Numbered from the stretch's first letter, positions 1 to 12,293 are shown. The stretch: DNA of 51,771 bases from Lama guanicoe (GCA_013239625.1 MU054220.1:4589374-4641144), one strand, 5' to 3'. Notes: generated from the sequence alone by a model not told the origin. Numbers and translations: made by a program.

Positions 1-137
1 GGTAGGATATAGCTAGCTCAGTGGTAGAGCACATGCTTAGCATGCATAAGGTCCTGGATTCCATCCCCAGTACTTCCATTAAACAAACAAACATACAAAC
101 AAACCAAATTACCACCCCCCAAAAAGTTAAAAAAAAA
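1..137 (+). mobile_element. tRNA-derived SINE, camelid-type (5' end at window edge)
   Basis: A-box-like TAGCTCAGTGGTAGAGC and B-box-like GGATTCCATCCCC, then an (AAAC)n spacer, ATTACCACCCCCC and an A tail. Same family as 7478-7635. Confidence 0.9.
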
Positions 138-139
138 TA

Positions 140-405
140 CTACATCAATGTTAATTCTAAAGTTGGTAACTGAACTGTGGTTATGTAAAAGGATATCCTT
201 ATTCTTTGGAAATACACACTAAAGGAGTTAGAGGTAAGGAAACATGATGTATGCAGCTCACTTCCCAATGATAAAACAAATGGAGTAAAATGTTAACAAT
301 AAGTGAATCTGGGTAGAGTACTGGGGTGTCTTTTGTACTATTCTTATTCTTACGAGTTCTCTGTAGACTTGAAATTATTTCCAAATCCAAAGTTTTTTAA
401 AAAAA
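140..405 (+). mobile_element. Old L1 3' UTR fragment (L1ME-like)
   Basis: Characteristic AAAATGTTAACAAT..GTGAATCTGGGT...GAAATTATTTCCAAA terminus. Confidence 0.7.
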
Positions 406-1149
406 CAAGACGGTTTGTGAAAGTTTTACAGAATAAGAGTTCAAGAAGTGTTGTTTTAGGATGCCATCTTAGTCTTAGCTATTTCTTACCTGCTCAGCAT
501 TAACAGCAAGTTGGTATGGGGCACACAGAAGGAATCGGGTACTGGGGCCCACTAACCAGCCAGTCAGATCACTTATGATTTTGCCCTTTGAAAGAGTTAA
601 GCATAATTTTGCCTGGGGTAATAATGAGAACAGAGAGTTCTTACCAACAGAGCACACTTTTGATAAGATTTATGAGAATGTACTTCTTATCCTCAACAGA
701 CAGAGTCAAAATTCACCTCCAGGACACTTGTATCACTTGTTGCTACTGACTTGCATTTCCAGGAAATGCTTGTATATTGGCAAATCTGAATTCATGGAGG
801 AAATTTTAAATGCCTTTACATAATTATAGGAAAGAAGGGGATTGAAAAGCAAAGACAAAATGATTAATTAGCAATGAATATAAAACAACCTAGAATTTGA
901 GAAACCTACTCTCTTCCTCTCCCCAAAGAGCAATCTGTTGGACCTTCACATGGAGGCAGACCTTAAAAGAGAACTTTCCCTCCAAAGTTAGAAGAAACTG
1001 AAACTTGGCATTAGAACATTAGCTGGGAAACCCTTTAAATACTGAGTTTGAAAATTCAAGACCAGAAGTATATGGAAGCAACAGAAGAAGCTTGAAAAGC
1101 CTTAAAACAGAGGGCTGTGTATCACAAAGCATGGACATGCATAGCCAGT

Positions 1150-1735
1150 TTCTGCGATGCCAGGAAATGGCAGGTCTCTAGTGTGCCTGGAATTACATGT
1201 GCCATTAGCAACACACAGACAAACACAATAAAAAGCCTGTTCTCAAGAATACACTGGAATGGGGACAGTTCCAGGCCAGAGAGTCCCAGCCAGACATATA
1301 TAATAAGAAATAAGAGGGCAGAAGGGAAGGCATAACCAAACATACCAGCAGCCGAGATAAGGCTTCCCAGGGCAGGTGAAGTGTGACAGAAACCCTGAAA
1401 GATGGACGGGGTCCACAGGCTCAGGTGTGAACGGGGCAGAGAGATGTGGAGTGTGGACATGGAGAGGAGTTGGGGAGAGGGCAGGCTGACAGAGGGGCCA
1501 GTCATGGGCATTGCAGAGGGCAGAGCACACACCGGCCACTACAGTGTCCACTCCAGCCGGAATGCAGAGTGGGATGATACAGTGACAAGAGAGGCGGTGG
1601 CCTTGTGGGGTCTGAATTCAATGCTAAACACTACGGGCAGCCCCTGGGGGGCTACGAAGCAAAGCAACGTTATCAGACTTGTTTTTAACAAGATCACCCA
1701 GGAAACAGTATGTGGGATAGAGTGGAAGGGGAAGC
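1150..1735 (-). mobile_element. L2 fragment
   Basis: Purine-rich L2-like segment ending ATCAGACTTGTTTTTAACAAGATCACCCAGG. Boundaries approximate. Confidence 0.6.
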
Positions 1736-2844
1736 CAGCTGATAAATACTCCTGGACCAAAAAATGTGCAGACTTAACACACCACCAGAGAAAAAAACAA
1801 TACTTTTTAACTGAGCTTCATTGAGATCCCACCTTTTTGATCCCCTTGATCAGAATCAATATGAGATCGTCTTCTACTTCAGCATTCTCATGTGTTCCCA
1901 AAGCAACGGGACAATTGTACTTTCCTCACTAACAGTTCAGCATTTATTTTTTTCACCAAATTCATTCTAAGTTTAAACCTTGAATGAATTCCTGTGAAGG
2001 AAGGCAGTCATTAATGAAATTACATAATCTATCATTCATGATTAGGGAAAAATAAAAGTTTATCAAAGTAAACCAAATGCTAATATGTTTTTGTAGTAGC
2101 TTCTAGTTGCAGCAAATCAAGAGGCAGAGAGTATGGAGAAAAGATCTTTGAAGGAAACCAGATGCGGAAAAAAGGAAGAGACAGTCTTGTGTGTTGACAG
2201 AATTTTAGATACTGCTCGTCTATGCTCACAAGGCCTAAGATTCCCTTTTGTCACTGAAACACTTGCAGCTTCTGGTCACACTGCTTATAGGTCACCTACC
2301 AATGGACCTTTAAGATCCTGCTTAGTAGATGCAGGACTCTCAGTAGATGGTTTAAAAAGTATTAAATTAATGGCTTGAATACAACAGATTCATCAGAATG
2401 AAAAAATGTCAAAACTGATGCCTTTACCTCCCATGAATGCTTTGCTGATTTCCTTGCTACCAAAATACAACTCGTTCTACCGTGCAGGCTGGAGCGCTTA
2501 GCATTAAAATGACTGGTGTCAAAGAAGGGGGAAAGGGGAGAGTAGGATAGCTCCATATATAAAAATCAGGATTCTCGAAAGCCCTGTCCTCCCCAGTGTA
2601 CCCAGTGTTGATGGGAAGCTGCAAATCAGAATAACACCAAAGGGCTATGACATCTAGAGACTCCCTTGGGGGACACCTCAGGTAAGAATTTAGAGGAGGC
2701 ACTAAACTGACCCTAGAAGATGAGGAAACATTCACCCTAAAGACAGAAAGGAGGAAATGGCACTAGGCATCCCAGCACCCCTCTGACACGTGGCTGCCTG
2801 AGCACAAATGAAGCCAATAAGGTTTCAACGCTGTCCCAAAAGCC

Positions 2845-3080
2845 TGGAGCAAGTAGCCCAGTGGTTAAAAACAAAGGCTTTGGTGACTTGAATCCTGGTT
2901 CGACATTAGCAAGTGGCTTAACCTCTCTGAACCCTGAGGACTTCCATAAGTTTAAAGATGATGATGATTACACCATCTTATGAGGTCATTATGAGACACA
3001 ATGAAATAACTGGACACATAACAAGTGCTCAGCACTGTGCCTGAAAAGTATCCCCTCAAATATTAGCTATTACTATGATG
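2845..3080 (+). mobile_element. MIR SINE
   Basis: GTGGTTAAAA..GAATCCTGG..GCAAGTGGCTTAACCTCTCTGA core and AGCACTGTGCCTG..TTAGCTATTA tail. Confidence 0.8.
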
Positions 3081-3398
3081 ATTGATCATTGGAGGCTTCA
3101 AGTTACAAAAAGGAAAACATCAGGCTCACAGAATTGAAAGCCATGAACACTGGGGGTGTGAAGAGGTAGGGGCAGGTTGTGGGCAGGAGCAGGAAAGGGG
3201 TAAGGATTGCAGTTTCCCCAAGACATTGTTAAAAATGTGCCTAAGGATGGAAATACTGTGAACCATTATCTCTTGGTGTTGAACAATAGCTGATTTGAGA
3301 TAGATACCCATAAAAGCTCCTATATTTGCTTCCTCTCGTATTTTGTATTTTTACAGCTCTGTATCTGTTAGTTACATAATAAAATCAAAGGTCTCTAT

Positions 3399-3443
3399 AA
3401 ACACAACATTGTAAATTGATTACACTTCAATTAAAAAAAAAAA
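3399..3443 (+). mobile_element. Extremely 5'-truncated lineage-specific L1 tail
   Basis: ACACAACATTGTAAATTGATTACACTTCAATTA(n), flanked by the imperfect repeat GGTCTCTATAA/GGTTTCTATAA. Confidence 0.75.
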
Positions 3444-3451
3444 GAGGGTTT

Positions 3452-4616
3452 CTATAAAAATTAAGTCAAAATGGATGGAAGGCCTAAACCTAAGAGCTAA
3501 AAACTATAAAACTCTTGAAAGACAACATAGGGGGAAAGCCTCATGACATTTGATTTGCAGTGATTTTTTTTGGATATGACACCAAAAGCACAGGCAGCAA
3601 TAACAAAAAATAGGTAAACTGGACTACATCAAAATGTAAAACTTTTGAGCATCAAAGGACACTATCCATAGAATGAAAAGGTAACCCATGGGATGGGAGA
3701 AAATACTTGCAAATCATACATCTAATATATCTAATAAAGAGTTAATATCCAGAATCTCACAATTCAAAAATAAAAGCAAACAACTCAATGAAAAAATGGG
3801 CAAAGGACCTGAATAGACATTTCTCCAAAGACAGCCAAATGGCCAATAAACATTTGAACAGATGCTCAACATCACTAATCATTAAGGAAATGCAAGTCAA
3901 AATCAAAACCACAATTAGATACCACTTCACACCTATTAGGATGGCAATTATTAAAAACAAACAAACAAACAGAAAAGAAGTATTTATTGGTGAGGATGTA
4001 CAGAAAATGGAACCCTTATGCACTGCTGGTAGGACTGTAAAATAGGATAGCTACTATGGAAAACAGAAGGTGATTATTCAAAAAAAATTATTATATGATC
4101 CAGCAATTTCATTTCTGGGTACATATCCAGAAGAATTGAAAGCAAGTTTTCAAAAAGATAGGTATATACTCATGTTCACAGCACCATTTTTCATAGCAGC
4201 CAAGAAGGGGAGGAAACTCAAATGTCCATCGACAGATGAATGGATAAACACAATGCAGTGTATACAAAAAATGGAATTTTATTCAGCCTTAAAAAGGAAA
4301 TTCTGCCCCATGCTACAACATGGATGAAACTTGAAGACATTATGCTGTGTGATCATGTGATTATGTGATTCCACTCATATAGTCAAATTCAGAGACAGGA
4401 ATAGAATGGTGGCTGTCAGGGGCTCGGGGAGGGGGAAATGGAAGGTTACTGTTTAATGGATAGAGTTTCATTTTGGGAAATGAAAAAAGTCCTGGAGAGG
4501 GAAGGTAGTGATGGTTGCACAACAATGTGAATATACTTAAAGCCACTGAACTGCATACTTAAAAGTGGTTGAAATGGTGCTTTTGGTTATGTCTATTTTA
4601 CCAGGATTAAAAAAAA
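3452..4616 (+). mobile_element. 5'-truncated L1 (L1MB-like): ORF2 C-terminus and 3' UTR
   Basis: ORFs 3788..4045 ([13 protein letters not shown]...[13 protein letters not shown]) and 4070..4327 (YDPAI...KCPSTDEWIN) are broken L1 ORF2p C-terminal sequence; A tail at ~4609-4616. Confidence 0.95.
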
Positions 4617-4996
4617 TCGCTCCCACACCTATATCATCCTGGTGGTTGCAGTCACCCTTGCTCCAGTAAGAGTTAGCTCTTTATTCAGCTCTCTGCCTCT
4701 TGTGATAATGAGTGGCTTTGGAACAGTCATGGCACATCTTATATGCCTGGCAGCTAAGAGATATTGACAGTCTAATTCTCTCAAAAATAAAAATTGAGAA
4801 ATTACAATAATTATGCCTCAACTGTTCATACTGCATTTAGTTCTACTTTACGTGTTACCACTTAAACATTCTAGGGAGTAACTGTTCAAAATCTAGACTT
4901 AAGTGCATAAAGGAAAAAGAAACCGTGTCTTTAATGGTGTGCTAACGTCACATTCACTTAGGAATGTGATTTTCTTTCGTTGCCAAGACAGCAACA

Positions 4997-5189
4997 GTTG
5001 CCGTGGAAACCACACAAAAACAGGGATGCTTAACTGAAACAAACTCCACTCACCTGCACAATGATGCCCTTGCTCTTATATTCCTCATGGAGGCTCTGGG
5101 AGAAGAAATCTACAAAAGCCTGGGAGGGGGTGGGAGTGAGAACACACATGCACATTACATCAATCTGCCCGATCTGTAGCCATGGCAAC
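4997..5189. promoter_or_regulatory. Candidate RFX X-box pair flanking exon 9
   Basis: GTTGCCGTGGAAAC (4997-5010) and GTAGCCATGGCAAC (5176-5189). Motif match only. Confidence 0.45.
5054..5119 (-). CDS. HSD17B12: HSD17B12 exon 9 (66 bp, phase 0-0)
   Basis: Acceptor ccccctcccAG, donor GTgagt. Encodes AFVDFFSQSLHEEYKSKGIIVQ. Confidence 0.97.
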
Positions 5190-6344
5190 AAAAATAATCA
5201 ACTAACCATTTAACACTATAGCTTCTAATCATTCTTTTTATTTCAAATGCAGAAGAGACCTTAAAAACACACCTCAGAATATCAAGTTGTTTTTATCTGC
5301 CACTGAATTAAGTATTCTCTAACTAAACATAATATCCAGATCAAACTTGACTTAACTGGAAAAGGTTCTTCCTATCTTTTCTTTTTTTCAGAAAATTACT
5401 TTCCAAGAAGAAATGTCTTATTATATAACAAAGGATGTATTCGTCCTCTCCACTTGCCAGTCAAATGGAAACACAATGTGAATTCTGTTCAGCTATGTTC
5501 TTTGGGGATTTTGTTGTCAGTAAAGAGAAAAGCATGCATCCTCTTGGTCCTTTGGGATGGCAAGATCCAAGAAGTCTAGAGATGAACATGATACCCCACC
5601 TTCTTCCACCAGAACAACTTTAAATCTATTTGTAAAATATAATGTACCATTTTTTCAAATGTGGACTCCACCTTGGGCTTGAAGTATCAGTGATGACTCT
5701 ACCAGGGCTCCATTAAGTCATCATCTTGTGTCCACAGAGCAGAACAGGCAAGAAGAAGTTGAAGTCACCAATTGCTTCAAGAAACATGGTGCTCATATTA
5801 AACAAGCTTATTGTATGTTTTAGAGATACAGAAAGCAGGTAGATCATAGGATTCGGGGGTGGTGCCAAGCTTTTTCAAAATACAGTACGTTGTCACTTTA
5901 AGTTCTTCCAGGGAACAAAAAGCCAAGTGAACAAGAAGGTGGGCGTTTTGCTCTTTTCCTTCCCGTCGTATTGCCAAGTTCTTATCGTGTATTTTATTTT
6001 GCTCATTTTCCCCTAAAAGCTTGTTTGATTTCAGCATCTCAATGGTCATTTTTATTTCAGAGATGCATCCTCTGCTTCAACAATGTAGTTGAAAATGCTT
6101 TTGACCTGTAGGCAGTATGAAATGCATTCTAAATTATCGTCCTAGCAGTAACGTGACGAGGTGAATGGTGATGTTGTGTAGAATTATGACATCTTACAGA
6201 GAGTTCTCGGAAATTCTTGTCTCACTCTAGAAGTGACAATAAATATCTGCGAATTCTGAATAATGTGGCAGAACACTCACCCTCTCACCCGTCTCTCTCG
6301 TGCCTACTGTGTGTATTTATGTGCTGACTAGCTTCAATCCTTCT

Positions 6345-6457
6345 ACTCGGCTGGACAGCCTTGGAACTTAATCTGTACGAAGCTGACTCATTCATGAATC
6401 AAATCCCCAATCTTAGACTCATAAACATCATGTTCTGATCAACTAAGCTAAGTGGCC
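6345..6457 (-). mobile_element. Ancient tRNA-Ile-headed SINE (MamSINE1-like)
   Basis: Minus strand GGCCACTTAGCTTAGTTGATCAGAACATGATGTTTATGAGTCTAAG...GATTTGATTC resembles a degenerate tRNA-Ile head, followed by TCAGCTTCGTACAGA. Confidence 0.6.
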
Positions 6458-6740
6458 TAGACCAGCTCTCTGCTGGAAAGTACAAATACCAATTTTAAAA
6501 ACCAGTCAACTACTGGGAGAAAAAAGCATTTGTGGATCTGAGATTTTGGTGCTGCCCCATTTGTAAAGCTGATACCAATCAGTGCATCTGCATCTCTGGC
6601 TCCTCTGAAACCAGCATTGGCTACTTTCCTTTTCTTCCCAGACCATTTGACAACTGCTAAGGGTAGAACTTCAAGGAAGTTCCATGCACATTTCTCAAAC
6701 GGAAAATTATTCTGACATAATTTACTAAAAAATTGCTCAC

Positions 6741-6822
6741 CTTGGTTGCAGAGTAGATGGTCAACAGTGGAAATGGGTACAGGCCACTGGCAGAGGAAAT
6801 GTTGATAATCACCCCTTTAGAT
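6741..6822 (-). CDS. HSD17B12: HSD17B12 exon 8 (82 bp), catalytic Ser and YxxxK
   Basis: Acceptor ttcctttttAG, donor GTgagc. Encodes SKGVIINISSASGLYPFPLLTIYSATK. Confidence 0.97.
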
Positions 6823-7477
6823 CTAAAAAGGAAGATGTACCAAGTACACAGGATGAAGTCAAATATACAACTGTCTGTAAACTACAGATTGAGATATATA
6901 ATTATTTGAAACAGAATAACCTAGCTGTTTTCCTGACACACATCTCTCCATGCCTTTTGTGGGCATGTGATATGCTTGGTCAGTGAATGAGGCATAACTC
7001 AATCAACTAAAAATAGCTCTTGTTTGCAATTAGCTCATTTCTCAGTTTTAGTAATCTGGGGCATGACCAGATTAGATCTTCAGTCTCCTGGAGTTGATGT
7101 CTATCATCTGAGGTCTTCTCTGGCCATAGCATCAAGAATTCTCACTCGTAAAAACACTCTCCTACTCCTTGTATGCTTTTATTTGACATATCATCACATA
7201 CTATCGTCCTGGAGCATTTAATCACTCTATGAGTATAAACATTTTTCTCCTTCAAAAAAAAAAAAAAAACCCAAAACCCATAAGCTTCTAGACATTATAG
7301 CCCTTGTCCTATACACTTTTCTCCAAAACACTCTGCAAAGTCCTGAACCTATTAACAGGTACTCAATAAAAGCCTCTGGCAATGAATGAATGGTTATGTC
7401 TGGCCCCTCCTGCTTTCCCTGGTTTGTAGATATTCAGGTGCTAAATAATGAGTAGACTCTAAAATCATGGAACTCTA

Positions 7478-7635
7478 GGGGGAGGGTATAGCTTAAGTGG
7501 TAGAGCACATGCTTAGCATGCACGAGGTCTTGGGTTCAATCCCCAGTACCTCCTCTAAATAAGTAAATAAATAAATAAACCCAATTACCTCCCCCAACAA
7601 GCAAATTTTAAAAATATATTAAAAATAAATAAAAT
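7478..7635 (+). mobile_element. Full-length tRNA-derived SINE, camelid-type, with 17-bp TSD
   Basis: GGGGGAGGGTATAGCTTAAGTGGTAGAGC...GGTTCAATCCCCAGTACC and an A-rich tail. TSD AAAATCATGGAACTCTA (7461-7477) / AAAATCATGGCACTCTA (7636-7652). Confidence 0.95.
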
Positions 7636-8674
7636 AAAATCATGGCACTCTATAGTTTAGCAAACCATATTCTTTTTTTTCCCCAAACCATATTCTTTTG
7701 CCAAGAGGCAAAGCTCAATTTCTACTGTGCCTTTTAGAGATTAATGAAAGTTAAAGTCAGAAAGTTATTGGGAATTACTAACTCTACAAATCAATAAAAA
7801 TTAGTTTGAGAAAAGCAATGCTGTAAACATACTAGTTGCTAGCAGGCATGTGTGGCTTGGGTGAAGCGTGGAATTAACGGTTTTAGGAATTTTGGCCACT
7901 GCAACCTGATCCCACCTACTGCCCGTCCTCAGATCCGGTTCCTTTTTTTCTACTTTCTCATTATTCGTCTGAATTCACTTCCCCCAAGGCCTTTTTTTTT
8001 TTTAACAATTAAAAAAAGAACTAGATAGACCCCCCTTTTATGCAAAGCAATAAAAGATATAATTAGATTGCATCTAAGTTAGTTTAGACGTAAATCTGAA
8101 AAGAAATAATCCCCAAAGGTCACCCAGTCCATCTGCCAGCCTCTAGGCGAGATGCCTCTTCAACCATCAAATGGAAGTCTGGACGCGCAGCTTAATGAAT
8201 CACTGAAAACAAGTTGTCTTTCTGTTTTTGTTTTTGAAACTGAAGTCCTTATTGGCAATATACACTTTCCTAAGCAGTGAAATCCATTAACATGTCAAGT
8301 GTAGAAATCAAATCTCAAATTTTAAATTGTTATATTATGGTTTCAAAGAACAATGGAAATATTTAGTCAATGTATTAATTACATTATGTATTAATTGTAT
8401 TGATTGTATCATGCCTGTATTTTCTTACTTTTGTCTTTCACAAAGACAGAAAAGGCTTTTCTTTTTAAATTTTAAGAGAGTAAGAGTGTCTATTAAGAGT
8501 TAAACCCAATTACTCGAAGACAAAAACTGGTGAATGAGCAATGAGTATCTAGTAATTTCATTTTATCTATATTTGTGAGAAATCCCTTTGATCAAACCGA
8601 ATTAAAAGACATTTCAGTTACTGCAAATTTTCATTATAGTATTAACTTATGATGTTTAAAATATCTTTACCTTC

Positions 8675-8812
8675 TTAGGGTGTTAAAAATATTCTGAAAG
8701 TAGATTGTGGGGATGGTTACACAACTCTGTGAATATACTAGAAACCACCAAATTGTAGACTTTAATTGAGTAGATTTTATAATATGTGAAACATATCTCA
8801 ATAAATCTATCA
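8675..8812 (+). mobile_element. L1 3' end fragment (L1MD/MB-like)
   Basis: GATGGTTACACAACTCTGTGAATATACTAG...TATCTCAATAAA. Confidence 0.8.
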
Positions 8813-11699
8813 AAGAGGAGAGAGGGAGAGCAAAACATTTTTAGGATATATGGGAATGTCACCTTTCAGCTCAGAGCAGATCCCAATCAAGTAGAAGCTG
8901 AGAGCTACATCTTCTGCAACACAATATGCTTTCTGAGAAGTAACCCCAAATCCTGACCAGTTGCACCCCATCCCGAGCCCCAAACATCCTGGTAGGTTTA
9001 GGTAGTGTTTTACTTTAACCTTTTCTTATACAACCAGGAATTTCTATGTCCTCACTCGTGCACAGCAGTTGAGGAAAAGCCAATCTCAAGATGACGTTTT
9101 TCACGGTAGCGACTATCACCACTGGTTTGATCAGCTGGGTCATGTGCGCTGATATACTCTTAATTGGCCGGGGCACTTGTGTGTGTCCTTGAACAAAAAC
9201 CTTACATTTTTTATTTCATTCCTCACAAATGAAATACTATCTAAAAGTCTTCCAAAAATGAACTTTAACATTACCAAATGCATTTTAAAAATTAAATCTT
9301 GACCTTACCAACATAGATGCTTAAAACTTCCCTCACCAAAGCAATGATTTCAATGCAGGAAAACTCAAAGATAATAAAAACCTCATTCCTGTTTTCAAAA
9401 TGGATGCAGACCAATAATCAAATATGTCACAATTATGCAAGCATGTGCCTTGAACTGTTTACTCCTTGAGGCAACTGAGATTTTTTGTTTCTCAAATATT
9501 CTCCCCTAATTTAAAATCTCTAGGGGGGTAGAGTTAAGAGTTAGTGAAAAGTCAGAATTTGAAGGTACTTTATGCAAAACACAATATTTGCACTATAAAA
9601 TGCACAAAAACAAATCCAACACCAACAAAGTATAAAGCGAGAATGCACTGTACCTAAGTTAACACAAAAAGGACAGTATTTAAAATTGTAGCAAAATGAC
9701 AGGAGAGAAAACACCCCTTCCACAAAAACGCTGTGAAACGAAGAAGCACGCGTATTTGTTTGCCTGGCAAAGCCCTTCCTCCCACACCCACACACAACAG
9801 CATGCAAGTCTCTCTCCCCAAGGATGATGATATTCAGTTCAGTTTTGTCTGAATCACAAATAACACACTTGCATGGCTGTCTTAATCCTGGTACTGTATA
9901 CAGTGCCCTTTATGGAGGGAGAGGGAGGAACACTTGGGACTGCAAGGCACAAAGGACTCGGTCTTTAAAACCTACTTTGTCGAGCTCTAATCCTCCGTCT
10001 GAGCAGAATTAGTGACGTCAAACCAGTTTCCATGGCACAGCCAGACTCCTGACAACTCTGTTATATCAGGCAGAAGGACAAAATGGGCTGCACTTGGTTG
10101 TGCATAGAAACAAACATAAAACCAAACCCTGATTAATCTCTCATTTTCCGGGGACTTGGGGAACAATTCTAAGATTGGAAGGTACATTAAGAATATCTGC
10201 TGAAGCTCCATAATGAAGACTTGTGTTGCTCATACTTCAGCACATTTCTAGTTTGTTCTGACAAATATCCAAATAAACAAGTCGACTAATGTTTTCTGTG
10301 ATATGACATTCTTCATTCATCATGCTGCTTAATTGCTAAAAGCCACACGATGGTGTCTCAGCGGTGCGAGTTATTGAGGAGCTACTAGAATTAAAACGCT
10401 GCAAAAACAAAGCAGAAAACACCGCTACTGCTAAGGAAGAACCTTTTCATAGAAAAATAGTCTCTTCAATTACTAGCTACCCTACAAGTCAAACATTAAA
10501 CACATCCAACCCTATAAAATTTAGTACTTTGCATTCACAGCTTCCTATAGCCATGCTTTCTAGAATTTCCTCAGTCCTGAAAAATTCCTAGTGAGAAAAT
10601 TCTCCTTAATTATCACTTGGATAAAAAATTACTGAGCCTTTATTCTTCCATACATGCCCACTACTCTCTCAGACTGCTGTAGTACCCCAGTGCATAGCTC
10701 TTATAAAAATACTACTGTCATAGAGGAAGTGACAGATCTCACGTGACATAAGTCACTGATTTCTGCCTTCCTCAGGAAACTCATCGCTGCTCCACGCTGC
10801 AGGTGAGGAGAGGGAGCCAGGGAGGCGTAAACTCTGCTGTGAAGTGTGGGAACACAGGGTTGGTCCTAATGTGGGCTGCTAACTGGATACAGAGTGTGAT
10901 GGCAAATGAGGGAGACTGTGCAGAATAGACTACATCACAATTCTTCATATTTTCATTTCTTATCCAGGAGTATATATGTAAGTGTGCTCTTGGAGGGTCA
11001 TTTTTTTTTTAAGCTTAAACATAGCACTGAAATTGGTACAGATATTTCTCTAACAGATTCTCAAGAAGATTGAGAAACATCAAAACAGAGTTCTATGTCA
11101 GGAAAGAACCCTGGAACATGGGGGTCAGGTATATAATTAGAACCAGCAATCCAAATACATTATACAAATATTGCTTTGTTGAAGAAAGTTTGCAAACATT
11201 TCCCACATGAAAGAGAAGTGCCTGCCCTAAAACACCAAAACATGTCATAATTCCACCTTAAGCAATACAGTATGAAAGAGGCTATTTTTAGCTTCTCCAT
11301 GGTTGTTATGGCAACCACCTCCTGTCTCCAGCTGTACACAATGTTTATAATTCCAGGGAAGAGGAAAGAGCAAGTTTCCTCTATAATGTAATTATGCACT
11401 TTCTACTTCCATGGTAATAATACCTTAGTTTGATTACAGAGACTTGTTTAGTGATAGTCAGTTGGCCGTAGGCTATAGTTCTAGAAGGTTTGGAAAAATG
11501 CATACATCAGAGGTAGAATCAGTGAAAGGGGAAAAACAACAACAACAAAGGATCTTTCTAAAGAGCTCCACTGTTCCTCAATGGAGGTGCGAAACCTATG
11601 GTGAGGCACCATAGGAAATGTGCCACTTGGGGCAGTGTAAAGGACAGGCTTTAATAAAATCACTTATAAGGTGTATGTAAGAATGCTTTCAGGTGATCC

Positions 11700-12293
11700 A
11701 TGAACTTGGAGTATTTCTTTCCTCTTGGGCCCACAGCTCACATTTCTGGCCTCCCTTGCAATTAGCTGTAGTCTGTGACTGAGTTCTGAACAATGGAAAG
11801 TGGGCAGAAGTGAGGTGCACCGTTTTCAGGCCTGGCCCATGAAACCTCCAGTAAAATCATCCTTACTTTCTCTTCCCTTATCTGCCAGCTGGATGCAGAT
11901 GATTCTGCAGAGAACTACAAGGCTGAGGGAGGAGTGCCCCCTACACCCCCACCCCTAGATGGAAGGAGCATGAGATCCCTGGATGACTGGGTGGAGCAGA
12001 GCCCCGACCACTTATCCACATTGGACTGTGATGTGAAGGAAAAAATCAACCTGTATAGTGGTTTCTGTATATTTGTTTTTGGAGCAGGAAGGTAATTGTT
12101 TCTTTATGTATTTTTTAATTAATCTTTTATTTTAATTTTTAGTGGAGGTACTGGGGATTGAACCCAAGACCTCATGCATCCTAAGCATGTACTCTATCAC
12201 TAAGCTATACCCTCTTACTTCAACCTTTACAGTGTTAAGCCACTGAGATTCTGGAGTGGTCTGTTATAGTAGCTAGCCTATGCTGACTAATAC
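11700..12293 (+). mobile_element. MLT1-type (ERVL-MaLR) solo LTR interrupted by a SINE
   Basis: CCTCCCTTGCAATTAG..GTGACTGAGTTCTG..TGGGCAGAAGTG, and 3' end TTAAGCCACTGAGATT...GACTAATACA. Confidence 0.8.
12061..12215 (-). mobile_element. tRNA-derived SINE, camelid-type, nested in MLT1
   Basis: Reverse complement of the SINE head (GGAGGTACTGGGGATTGAACCC...AGCTATACCCTC). TSD TCAACCTGTATAGTG (12046-12060) / TCAACCTTTACAGTG (12220-12234). Confidence 0.9.

Noticed and set aside
3757..4327. Active L1 ORF2
   Set aside because: 5'-truncated, with stops and frameshifts; the endonuclease and RT domains are missing.
1..5053. HSD17B12 exon 10 (SVLP...VATK)
   Set aside because: No matching sequence was found by eye; it presumably lies beyond the left edge.
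7478..7555. Functional tRNA gene
   Set aside because: The tRNA-like head is followed by a SINE body, A tail and TSD, and recurs three times in the window.
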